Below, one piece after another: positions 12,393 through 24,023 of a DNA stretch of 64,000 nucleotides. The notes beneath the pieces are model-generated. The model ran no database searches and had not been told where the DNA came from. It saw nothing but the letters and a program-made list of their open reading frames with translations. Numbering within the stretch: the first letter of the stretch is position 1; each line of letters starts with the position of its first letter. Source of the DNA: Macrostomum lignano. Lineage: Eukaryota. The DNA is taken from the NCBI GenBank assembly GCA_002269645.1, contig NIVC01000621.1, forward strand, positions 186,001-250,000. The letters are read 5' to 3'. The position numbers were made by a program, and so were the translations under genes.

Positions 12393-15300
12393 TCACGGCA
12401 CAGGTGCCGGAGCCACGGGCAGTTTAGTCGGAGTTGTCGGAGTTGCCGAATCGGCGCCAATATGAAGAGTGCGCGGCTTCAATGCCACGTACAGCACGGC
12501 CCCGATCACCAGCAGCATGACGCCGAGAATGAGCAGCAGCAGAGCTCGATTCTGCACCACTCGGCGCATCATACCGCCCAGTATGCGACTGCTTGAGCCC
12601 AGGTCTTGATTAGTGGATTTAAGCTTGTCCCTACTGCGGGTCAGGGTCTCTCGTTGGCTAGCCAAGTCAGCCAGAATGTCCCTGCCAACTCGCTCGGTCT
12701 CATACACACTGCCGAGGCCTTCTTCCATGCGCCGGCCGGTTCGTTCTAACCGTTCCGTGTTGTCAAGCAGGCGCGCCCGGTACTCAGAGGCCGCGTGATA
12801 ATTGTTATCGTCGGCGCCTGCGGTTTTTATTGATGAGTTTATTTAACTTTGTTGTCAGTGTGAGTGGTTGCAATAAAACAATTATTATGCTACTTAATAA
12901 GTAACAACTGAGGGCATCACACTCCCTGAAGGACTTGGGTGCCACCCTCCCTGAAGGATCTGAGGAAATCTCAATCCCTGAGGATCTGGGTGTCACCCTC
13001 CCTGAAGTATCTAAGGGCATCACACTCCCTGAAGGACCTGGGTGCCACCCTCCCTGAAGAATCTGAGGAAATCTCAATCCCTGAAAATCTGGGTGTCACC
13101 CTCCCTGAAGTATCTAAGGGCATCACACTCCCTGAAGGACCTGGGTGCCACCCTCCCTGAAGAATCTGAGGAAATCTCAATCCCTGAGAATCTGGGTGTC
13201 ACCCTCCCTGAAGTATCTAAGGGCATCACCTTCCCTGAAGGATCTGGGTGTCACCCTCCCTGAAGTATCTAAGGGCATCACACTCCATGAAGTATCTAAG
13301 GGCATCACCCTCCCTGTAGTATCTAAGGGCATCACCCTCCCTGAAGTAGCTAAGGGCATCACCCTCCTTGAAGTATCTAAGGGCATCACCCTCCCTGAAG
13401 TATCTAAGGGCATCACCCTCCCTGAAGTATCTAAGGGCATCACACTCCCTGAAGGATCTGGGTGTCACCCTCCCTGAAGTATCTAAGGGCACCACCTTCC
13501 CTGAAGGATCTGGGTGTCACCCTCCCTGAAGTATCTAAGGACATCCCACTCCCTGAAGGATCTGGGTGTCACCCTCCCTGAAGTATCTAAGGGCATCACC
13601 TTCCCTGAAGGATCTGGGTGTCACCCTCCCTGAAGGATCTGAGGGCATCACACTCCCTGAAGGATCTGGGTGTCACCCTCCCTGAAGGAACCCAGTGCAT
13701 TACCCTCCGTGAAGCCGTGAAGGACATGAGGGCGTCAACCTACCTAATGGATGAGACACAAAAAAAACTGATATTAAAACCTTACCTGAAGAGAATAATT
13801 CATCTCGTTGCTGCTGCCTCTGCGCGAAGTCTTTAGCCTGTTTAAAATCATTCTCCAACTTTTTCTGCTCAGCGGTGTAACTCTGCAATCTAGTGGAGTA
13901 CTTCTGCCTGATTGAGGGCGGCTGCGAGCGAGTCTCCAATTCCAATTGTTCCAGAGTTTCGCGAGCTTCTGCAAACAGGCGCTCGGCTTGGGACTCCGCT
14001 GACTGGCGTTCGTCTGCGGGGTGTCAGGTGCTTTTGATGTTATTTAGGGGTGATGTCAGTTGCTTCTGATGTGGTCTAGGGGTGATGTCAGGTGCTTCTG
14101 ATGTGGTCTAGGGGTGATGTCAGGTGCTTCTGATGTTATCTAGGGGTGATGTCAGGTGCTTCTGATGTTATCTAGGGGTGATGTCAGGTGCTTTTGATGT
14201 TATCTAGGGGTGATGTCAGGTGCTTCTGATGTTATCTAGGGGTGATGTCAGGTGCTTCTGATGTTATCTAGGGGTGATGTCAGGTGCTTCTGATGTTATC
14301 TAGAGGTGATATCAGGTGCTTCTGGTGTTATCTAGGGGTGATGTCAGGTGCTTCTGATGTTATCTAGGGGTGATGTCAGGTGCTTCTGATGTTATCTAGG
14401 GGTGATGTCAGGTGCTTCTGATGTTATCTAGGGGTGATGTCAGGTGCTTCTAATGTTATCTAGGGGTGATGTCAGGTGCTTTTGATGTTATCTAGGGGTG
14501 ATGTCAGGTGCTTTTGATGTTATCTAGGGGTGATGTCAGGTGCTTCTGATGTTATCTAGGGGTGATGTCAGGTGCTTCTGATGTTATCTAGGGGTGATGT
14601 CAGGTGCTTTTGATGTTATCTAGGGGTGATGTCAGGTGCTTCTGATGTTATCTAGGGGTGATGTCAGGTGCTTCTGATGTTATCTAGGGGTGATGTCAGG
14701 TGCTTCTGATGTTATCTAGGGGTGATGTCAGGTGCTTCTGATGTTATCTAGGGGTGATGTCAGGTGCTTCTGATGCTATCTAGGGTGATGTCAGGTGCTT
14801 TTGATGTCATCTAGGGGTGATGTCAGGTGCTTCTGATGTTATCTAGGGGTGATGTCAGGTGCTTCTGATGTTATCTAGGGGTGATGTCAGGTGCTTTTGA
14901 TGTTATCTAGGGGTGATGTCAGGTGCTTCTGATGTTATCTAGGGGTGATGTCAGGTGCTTCTGATGTTATCTAGGGGTTATGTCAGGTGCTTCTGATGTT
15001 ATCTAGAGGTGATATCAGGTGCTTCTGGTGTTATCTAGGGGTGATGTCAGGTGCTTCTGATGTTATCTAGGGGTGATGTCAGGTGCTTCTGATGTTATCT
15101 AGGGGTGATGTCAGGTGCTTCTGATGTTATCTAGGGGTGATGTCAGGTGCTTCTAATGTTATCTAGGGGTGATGTCAGGTGCTTTTGATGTTATCTAGGG
15201 GTGATGTCAGGTGCTTTTGATGTTATCTAGGGGTGATGTCAGGGCTATTTGATATCATCCAGGGGTGATGCCAGGTGTTATGCTGATATATTCTAATATG

Positions 15301-15489
15301 TCATCTAATCTCTAAGGTGTACTGTCAAGTGCAAATCAGGGACTTTAGGGTCAATTAGTTTTTATACAATAGATTAGCCAATAGGAAATATATACCTGGA
15401 TCGGAAATTCGAGATATCTGATTAATTTTACTAGTAATTTCGGCAATAGTTATGCCAAACTGCTGCTCATAAGTCTCCAGTAAAGACAT
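12393..15489 (-). CDS. VTI1: Qb-SNARE VTI1 (vesicle transport through interaction with t-SNAREs), ~248 aa; exons 15396-15489, 13786-14013, 12393-12817
   Basis: MSLLETYEQQFGITIAEITSKI...|DERQSAESQAERLFAEARETLEQLELETR...RLQSY...RDELF|...RARLLDNTERLERTGRRMEEG...ETERVGRDILADLASQRETL...SSRILGGMMRR plus a C-terminal TM helix. Two phase-1 GT-AG introns give 747 nt in frame. Confidence 0.93.
12911..13700. repeat. Compound ~26-bp minisatellite (ccctccctgaagtatctaagggcatc family) with a 103-bp higher-order unit in vti1 intron 2
   Basis: Three ~103-bp copies at the start (spurious ORF starts at 12939/13042/13145), followed by monomer runs. Confidence 0.92.
14020..15290. repeat. 32-bp minisatellite (ggggtgatgtcaggtgcttctgatgttatcta) in vti1 intron 1
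   Basis: ~39 tandem copies, beginning directly beside the exon 2 acceptor. Confidence 0.97.
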
Positions 15490-15966
15490 GATGATTAAAG
15501 TCTTGTCAAAAATCTTTTCTTCAAATGTGCTGCAATGAAACAAGCAGATAGAAAATTTAAACAAGTCCTTGAATTGGTCTAACACCTGAATAAATTAAAT
15601 AAAAAAGTATAGATTGGTGCTACAAAGAACTTTTTTTATTGTTGTTTTATATATCTAGTATAGGAGTCTAATATTTAGGACAAGACACAAAATGAGCAAG
15701 GGAAATGTTTTATACATCATAGATCATATTATTTTAAGGTTAAGGAACAGAAATGCAAGTTAATGTTAATATGTAAGGTTATTAGAAGGATTTTTCATTT
15801 TATGGAAAAATGAATACATCCACAATGCCACAAATGGCAGAAACCTAGAGCTATTCTTTGATAATAAGTTCTAAGAAAAATACTACAGTTTTTATACTTT
15901 ACATTAAATTTAGCCTCAATTTCAGTGTTAATATGAGTAACAATTTACTTAAATAACATACATGCA

Positions 15967-16116
15967 CAACCTTGGGATTCACCCAGCCATTTATATTGGC
16001 AACACACACATGTAAGTCGCTATTGGCTGAGAGCAGTCGTGTGACTACTATTCTGCCCAATAGCGACTTACATGTGTGTGTTGCCAATAGAAATGGCTGG
16101 GTGAATCCCTAGGTTG
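15967..16116. repeat. Near-perfect ~60-bp-arm hairpin (mini-MITE-like) ~480 bp upstream of the vti1 ATG
   Basis: caaccttgggattcacccagccatttatattggcaacacacacatgtaagtcgctattgg versus ccaatagcgacttacatgtgtgtgttgccaatagaaatggctgggtgaatccctaggttg: about 2 mismatches, with a ~30-nt loop. Confidence 0.85.
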
Positions 16117-17637
16117 CACCTAAGCATGTTAAATAATATTGTCTATGCAACCTAGTTTTGACCAATGCAAATTAACTTTCCTTTAATTCTTTATGCAAAT
16201 TAGTTTGCTCTTTTTGAAACTTGTTTATTACCTTTTAGTTATTTAGTAGACTGCTGAAATACATACTTTAAAAGAAACAAAAATGTAAAATAATTATGAA
16301 TAAATATTATACCATATACTATATTTTAGGGACTCTAAAAAATTCTGAAAGACATTTTAGTAATTTTGTTATTTTACTTGATAATCTTACTTGTCTATAT
16401 AAATACTTTTTAAAGATTGGGTAAGTAATAAAAATTATAAGATTTTATTCTAATTTTTTTGTGATGCACTATTATATATTCAGTTCAACTACATTTGAAG
16501 CTCAACTTTAATTTTTTTATTAGGCCTATAAATTAAGATCATGGCATGCATATCCCAAAATATATTTAAGACCAAAAAACTTTTGGTCCCAATAAATGCC
16601 AGGTAATACCCTTAAATTTTAACTCAAATCTACTTCAATACTTTGAAATAGCCCCAATCTACTCTAAAGTACAAAATAAAAGTAAAAAAGTTTTTAAGTT
16701 TAAATAAACTTTTTTCTAAATCAAACAAAATTAAAAATGCAGGATACTTAACTTAACAATAGCTAGGCCTATTAAAATGTTGCATTAGCTCTATTAAGGA
16801 GTAATAGCTAAAGTTCTAGAACCAGAACCCATTTTCTAATGGCTATAGATCTGGCAATGCCTCCTACTAAAGGCAGTAAGAGAATATAGAAATTTGACAG
16901 CTTTTAGTGGCAGCTTTAGGAAACTAGAAAATAGGAATTAGAATAGCCCTACAACAGCTGGTAACAGTAATGGGGATATTATTATTAAAGAAATTACACT
17001 ACAACATAAAAAATATATTATTAACACAATGTTTCTGCTGTGTCATGTATCTATATGCTAAGATATTACATTTATATACATTAAAAAAGGCAAGTAGGCC
17101 CTTTACCATGCCTTGTTATATGCTGAAAAATCCTAGCATATAAGTTGCCTTCCAAACTATGGCTTTTAATAGAGTCTTGGCACTTTTTTCAATGTTGATC
17201 TTAGTTTTAAGATCTAAAAAGTCAAGATTTGTAACTGTGAGTATTGTTGATTACAATATTATTTTATCTATATTAGATAAACATCAAAACAAGTGACCAA
17301 GGCCTATTAAGTTCAATATTAGGGCCTATATAATATACTATTTGTTTTTCCTTTTATTAAAAACTTCCTATTGGTTGACCTATCTCTTGCCCCACTCTCT
17401 AGTATTTTATTTAGCATGCCATATTTATTAACTAAACTTTTTTGTCATGTTTTATGCTTATTTTCTTCACCCCTTGTTTTCTTGTTTCTTTTGTTATAAG
17501 AAATCTTATAACTTATCTTATAACTTATATAACTTATATCTATAAATTATCTTGTCTTAATTTATTTGCAGTCTTAATTTATTTGCAGTCTTAATTTATT
17601 TGCAGTCTTAATTTATTTGCACCACGGTGCAGATAAA

Positions 17638-17703
17638 TGCCGCTACCTCCTCGTGGTCAGAGCAGAGAGCCGCGCTTAACTGCTGCGGTGGCCAAATGCG
17701 GCA
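17638..17703 (+). ncRNA. Candidate HDV-like self-cleaving ribozyme core at the LINE 5' end (P1 5' strand not found)
   Basis: P2 tgccgc(17638-43)/gcggca(17698-703); P3 acc/ggt around L3 tcctcgt; putative P1 3' strand cagagc; P4 hairpin gccgcgc-ttaact-gctgcggt; J4/2 gCcaaat. Confidence 0.5.
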
Positions 17704-17882
17704 GGACCAAGCGAGGGCAGCGGAGCGCCCGTCGGCGTGTTGAGCGCCGGCATGAGCGGAACCGACGAGGCCGGCTGCGTGGCGCCGCCCGTCGAGCTGC
17801 CGCGCGGGTCCACTCGGATCCTCCGGGTGGCGCCGGGGACCGTGAGGCTCAACTGCATCGAGCCCCAGCCATACCACAGGGC

Positions 17883-20750
17883 ATGCTTCGGGTCGGGACG
17901 CTGAACTGCCGCACTCTCAAGGCTGCTTGGCGTAGAGGGGTGCTGGCGAAGCTGGCGTACGACCTGAGCTGCGACATCATCTCGCTGCAGGAGGTGTCTA
18001 TCAAGGCCGACCCGGGACTTCATTGTGAGGACTTGGGCGCCAGGTGGACCCTCTACTATACTTCTGCGGACCAGCGAGGCCGTGGAGGAGTTGGAGCGCT
18101 GATCGGGCCGAGGCTGCAGCAGAGCTGTCGCTGCGTCTCCCTGTCCCCTCGGTTGCTTCGGATCGACGTCCGGCTACGCGGTCGGAATGCTCGCCTGTTC
18201 TGCGCGTACGCGCCCCCTGCCACACGCCCTGACGAGGCTCAAGAGTTTTTCGAGCAGCTCTCAGTGCAGGTAGAGGCGACGGCGCAGCGTGACACAGCGG
18301 TCGCCCTCGGAGACCTGAACGCAGTCCTGCGTAGGTCCAAGAGGTCGCTGTTCGTGACGCCACGCGGGAACAACAACACCGAGGCACTGGAGGACTTCCT
18401 GGAGAGGCAGGACATGGTGTCGGCCAACACCCGCTTCTGCAAGCCACTGAGCGGTCTCGCAACCTTCGTGGGCTGCAAGCGGAGGCGACGGAACGCGCGT
18501 GGCAGGAACGCAACCCGGAGACAAGCACAGCTCGACCACGTGCTCGTGCGTTTCCGCGAGCGTCGTCGCGCCGTCAACTGCCGAACCATCACGCCGCTGG
18601 CTCTGCGGTTCGATCACCGGCTCCTCATCTGCGACCTCAACCTTCGCGATCCGCTCTACCGTCCGCCGAAGCGGCCACCGCGGCGCTAATACCGCGCGCT
18701 CAGAGCCACCGATACGCAGCGTCGCTTTGCTAGCGCCTTTAACACCGCGCTGGGCGACAAGCGTGGAAGTGCCGAGTATGCGATAGTGTGCGCTGCAGTC
18801 AGAACCGCCGCGGAGCAAGCAGTCCCGATGATGCAACCGGCTCAACGTGGGCAGCCGGTCTGGCAGGACGACCCTGCGATTCAGGCAGCGAGGGAAGATC
18901 TGGAGAAGCTCCGCTTGAGCAGGCGACCAACCCGCGAGGCAGAGGCAGCTCTGGCAGCTGTCTACCTGCAGCGCCAACAAGCGGCTGTCGATGACGCCAT
19001 TCAGGCTGTCTCTGCCGCTGGGCCCGATGCCAGAGGGCGCGTGGCCTGGTCCGCCATCAACGCTCTGACGGGACGAAAGCGGCGCAATCCGCTGAACCTG
19101 GCTGGTGACACGCCGGACGAGCGTAGGAACGAGCTGCGCGAGTTCTTCGCCGCCATCGTCAACGCGCCGCCACCCCCGCTGCCAGACAGTCTGACGCTGC
19201 CGCCGGAGACGCCGCTGCCGGCAGAGGAGAGTTTCAGCGTAGCCCCAGTCAACGCAGCCGACGTTGTCAAGCTCGCCCAGCAGTCACCGGGTGGGAAAGC
19301 GCTGGGTCCGGACGAGGTGCCCATCGAGGCGCTGCGCATCCCCTGTGTGGCCGCTGAGGTCGCCAGAGTGATGAACCGCGTGCTCTTCGGTGAGGCGGCG
19401 CCCAACGAATGGACCACGGCGCACATCGTCGCTGTTCCAAAGAAGCCGGGCACCACTAGGCTTGAAGACCATCGAGGCATCTGCCTTCAGTCCTGTGCAG
19501 CGAAGCTGTTCAACCGGATGCTGCTTTCGCGGTTGCAGCCCGTGCTGGATCCGTACCTGCGCCCAGAGCAGAACGGGTTCCGGCCCCATCGCGGCACAGT
19601 GGCGCAGATCCTGGCTCTTCGCCGAGTCATCGAGGAGGCGCGGATTCGTCAGTCGATCCTGATTTTAATCTTTATTGATTTCAAGAAGGCATTCGACTCG
19701 GTTGTCAGAGCCGTGCTTCCAATGGTGCTCCGCGCGTACAACGTGCCTGAGCAGCTGATCTCCGCCATCATGGCGATGTACCGTGATACGACAGCTGCTG
19801 TGACAACACCGGACGGCCTATCGGACTCCTTTGAGACATCCTCCGGAGTGCTTCAGGGAGATACGCTGGCGCCTTTCCTGTTCGTCCTGGTGCTTGACTG
19901 GGTGCTGCGGACTGCTCTTCCTACCGACGACGACGGTTTTCTGCTGCAGCGACGCGTGGGTCGACGTCAACCGGAGAAGCGGCTCAGCGTGCTTGGCTAC
20001 GCCGACGACCTCGCCCTGCTGTCCTCGACCGTCGAGGGCGCCCAACGGCAGCTGGACAGGCTGGTTGCCGTTGCGGCGAGTGTCGGCCTGGTGGTCAACA
20101 CGCAGAAGACCGTTGTGCTCTGCGTGCCGGACGACATCGAGGCTGCAATATTTTGCCGAGGCGCTGACGGGCAGGCGACCGAACTCCCGCGATGTCAGCA
20201 GTTCGTCTACCTCGGCGGTCTGGTTCCAGACGCTCGCGAGGACCTGCGACGCCGCCGCGGGCTTGCCTGGGCTGCCTTTCGTTCTGTGAGGGCAGTCCTG
20301 CAGTCCGAGGCCCTACCGGACCGCCAGAGGGCGGCGCTGTTCCAGGCGGTAAACGAGACCGTCCTGCTGCACAACGCCGAGACCTGGACGCTGACGGACT
20401 CACTCGAACAGCAAGTCAATGCGGCGCACGCTGGTCTGCTGCGCGCCGCCTTCAACATCGCCGTCGAGCGAGTCACCAACGCGGCACTCTATCGCCGCGC
20501 TGGCCTGCCACGTCCAAGTGATCTACTGCGCCGTCGGCGACTCCAGCTCGCAGGCCATCTCATCCGCGCCGAGTCGTACTGCCCACAGCCGGTGCAGGAG
20601 GTGCTGCTGCTCACGCTGCAGGCACCCTACCGGCGAGGTCAAGCGCGAACTCGGCGTTACGTCGACTGTCTGCTGGCTGACGCCGGCGCCCCGGACACTG
20701 CCGGTGGCGCGGCCTTTGTTCGCGCCTAAGCCATGAAGCGCGCCCTGTGA
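17883..20750 (+). pseudogene. APE-RT polyprotein of the RTE element, broken by in-frame TAA at 18687-18689 and a probable premature TAA at 20727-20729
   Basis: ORFs 17637-18689 and 18786-20729 share a frame. Reading through the stop gives RR*YRALRATDTQRRFASAFN. The end reads FVRA*AMKRAL*. Confidence 0.85.
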
Positions 20751-20999
20751 CGCTGACTTTTACCATCATGACAGCGTATTTTGTTGTTTGTTGTTGTTGT
20801 TTTGTTATGTTTCTAGTTTTGTTTTAATAGTTTGATAGCTCATTAATTTGCACCCTTGGCATTGCCTGAAATCTATCTCTTGCTAGTTTTAAAAACAACT
20901 AATAGCCTTTTTATTAAACTGCTGCATAAGCAATATTGATTCAGCCATTAATAATCAGCAATAACCAATATTTATTTTCATTATTTAGTCAAAGCATTA

Positions 21000-21060
21000 A
21001 GGGGACTGTAGCCTAGCAGTCTAGTGTAGGCTCTGGTGTGCCAGCAACCCAGGCCCCTAT
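21000..21060 (+). mobile_element. tRNA-like SINE head fragment
   Basis: ggggactgtagcctagcagtctagtgtaggctctggtgtgccagcaacccagg resembles the head at 10342 (shared gtgccagc..cccagg). Confidence 0.4.
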
Positions 21061-23117
21061 TGGAATAAGTTTAAAAAACCTGCAGATGCACAACACAGAT
21101 GCCAAAATTGTGCCTTTAAAAGTGTAACGCAACACCAAATTTTGTTGCCTAGGGGGGGGGGGGGAGCAACGCGACATTAATGTCTATTTACTGAATGACC
21201 AAGGGGGAGGGGGAGAATTCACTTAAATTGACAATTCCAAAATCATATCTTGAATAATTTGCCTATGGGGCATTAAACAACTAAATTAATCTTAACTCCA
21301 AGCAAGCTCTGAGATTTCAACATTTTGTAATACAAAATTACAGTGGTGGTAGTGCTACTCTACTGATAGTAACAGACTAAGCAAATTGACATACATTAAT
21401 TTATATGTCAAGACCTTGGTGTCTACTATCTAAATGACTATGCCTTTTAATGACTGCTCAATTGCGATTAGGACTAATCTCCCCTGGAATTGAGGACACG
21501 AGCAGCTGAAGTAAACAGGAGAAAATTTTGTTATAACTTGTCTGAGCAATTTTCTAGAATTATTTTTGCAAACTCAATGCTGGCAAAAATTCAAAAGTTT
21601 AAAACCATCCCACCTCATTGGTGATAGCAACCAACCAACCAACTTTTACTCGCCAAAAATTTATTTTCTCTGCACCATCTCAATATTGTCCAACCCTAAA
21701 AATCTTGGGTTTAATATATATTAGCCATTATAAAGTTTCTACTTTATTATATTAATAAATTGCACTGCTGGAATAGGTCTACCATTTCCAGTGCTAGATC
21801 CATAGCTATTAGCATTAGAAAATAGGTTTCAGTGCCAGAACTCTGGCTAGCCATTGTCTTATAGTCTATATAAACATTGAAATGGATGCAACAGACCACA
21901 ATGGACTACAATGGACTACAAAGGACCTTAAAAACTGTTTATAGCATTCTATAACTGTCTATAACTACTATAGACTTTAAACAAAATAAAATTGTACCTA
22001 AAAGACAAAGTAGGGCCTATAATAAATATTAGATTCCTGTCTATGCCTTAGCTATTAGATTATTTTTATATTTATTGCTTTTGTATATTCTTTGATTTTG
22101 AATTGAATATAGAATGACACTACACTACAGTGACAAGAGAGTGACATTATACAATGTGACAAGAAAGTGACATCATATAGTGTGAAAAGCAGAGTTTAAT
22201 GCAGGAAAACATTACAAGACCTTATTTGATTTGTATACTAGGTTTATGGTGCAATAGGCCTTCTTCTTTTAGTAGTTTACATTTCTTAGAAAAGGTATAA
22301 ATTCAAAAAAAGCTATTATTTTGTTTTACTACACGAATATTTTGTATACTTTGTATATTTTATATATTCTTTATATTACTTTTTGTTTGAAATGACAGGA
22401 AAAATTATACTATAAATAGAGACCATTTGAGAGCCTAGCAAACCAACGTGCTAACTTGCTTTTATTTGTTCCTTGTTGAACAATAAGCAATTCTCAGTTG
22501 AGAAGAAATTCTATCAGCCTTGAGCTTGTATTTGCTCGTGTTACTTATTTCGAGTAGTGGATAGTAGTTTAGGAGTTGCCCCAAGATTGGGAGTTCAGTC
22601 CGTTCTCAGAGAACAAGAAATCCTACCATAGGGTAGAGAACTCTAGGCTTGGAGTCTGAGAAACCCGCCTCAGGGCAGAATACCCAGCAAAGTGCGCTGT
22701 GACCCTCTGATCCCAGGAACGCCCAGGACTGAGAATAATACCTTTAGAGGAGTATAGGAATAAGGATAGACAGTGCCTAGAAGACCGCTCAGGCCAGAAA
22801 GTACAGTAAAAAGTACAGACGCTACCAATAAGAGTACATACGCTACCAATAGAAGTACATACGCTACTAGTAAAAGGCAGGTAATAACCAGCAATATTAA
22901 CAAAAGGGAATAACCCCTGTAACAGCTTGGTGGCAGCTAGTAAGGCTAGCAAAAGAATAAATAAGAGCCCTGGGACAATGGCAATACAAAAATTTTTCAT
23001 TTGACACAATGTATCTGCTGCCATATATGCCAGGATATACCCTGATGTACACTAAAAATGGTAAGACCCTTGTTGTATTTTGGGAAATCCAGGCGTACAT
23101 TTTACCTTTAAACTATA

Positions 23118-24023
23118 GGGGTGATGGTCATTTTGTCAACTGGCATTTCATCAACTCGGTAGAGGCGACTTTACTGGTGGTTGACAAAGTGACCAATGCC
23201 TAGGTCTTTCCCATTTGCTTGTTGATGAAGTGACCAAAACTGCCATTATATGAATGATATATAGTTCATATAGCAGCGTAGCTTACAAATACAATAGTTA
23301 TTATATCTATGAATTTATTTTAATAATTACCTAATTTTATTTGAAACGAAATCTCAAACTTTGCAATTTTGTTACGCAGTTGTTAACTATATGCCCATTA
23401 TATATATAATTGATAGGTTAAATGCTTCTATGCAAATATTCTAGATGCAAATGCGCTACCTATGCACACTCTATACTATATATTATCATATAAATTTTAA
23501 TGTGTGATTGACATTGATATGATTATAAATGTAATGGTTAATTTGGAATGCTTTTTATATATATTTTTAAAATATACCATGTAGAGTGGACCATTTCAAG
23601 CATTATAATATTTGGTCTAGTACTTATCAACTACTCCTTAATAAATTTCTACATGTACATCCAAAAATTTGTCATGCAAATGTGTAACATCGGGATATCA
23701 ACCGCGTCATACTACACACATTTCAAACACCTAAGTGAATTATTGTTTGTTAATGTATAGTTAGAGATATCAATCGAAGCCGGCAGATGTTGCGCAGAAG
23801 GGTATCTATAGCTATATTAATTAGCCTGTCGACTTAGTCATTTCAGGGTTCAGTTTTAGCTGTTTTGCGGCTGCGGGGGTTAGTTTATTGGCAGTTGACA
23901 AAGTGACCAAGGTTTGAGAGTTGAGACCACTTCATTGGCTAGTTGACAAAACGACCAATGCAAAAGCTGAGTTGACAAAATGGCCAGTTGACGAAACATC
24001 AGTTGACGAAATGACTAGGACCC
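23118..24023. mobile_element. Non-autonomous TIR element with GG(G) ends, reiterated catttcgtcaact subunits and an 8-bp TSD
   Basis: Left end ggggtgatggtcattttgtcaactggcatttcatcaact; right end reverse complement gggtcctagtcatttcgtcaactgatgtttcgtcaactggccattttgtcaact. Flanks are aaactata (23110-17) and aaactatg (24024-31). Confidence 0.7.

Larger units (their letters stand above)
17610..20810 (+). mobile_element. Non-LTR retrotransposon, RTE-type (single APE+RT ORF), near full length, with a (TTG)n 3' tail
   Basis: APE domain (GTLNCRTL, SLQEV, LGDLNA, QLDHVLV, FDHR) and RT domain (QNGFRPHR, FIDFKKAFDSV, GVLQGDTLAP, YADD, FVYLGG) are in the same frame. GC-rich relative to the AT-rich flanks; ttgttgttg tail at ~20778-20805. 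Confidence 0.95.

Noticed and set aside
17608-20736. Many overlapping antisense and alternate-frame ORFs in the LINE
   Set aside because: By-product of high GC content; only the APE-RT frame has recognisable motifs.
22623-23203. 133-aa and neighbouring hydrophobic ORFs
   Set aside because: No recognisable domain or splice context; hydrophobicity comes from a short 21-bp triplication and AT bias.
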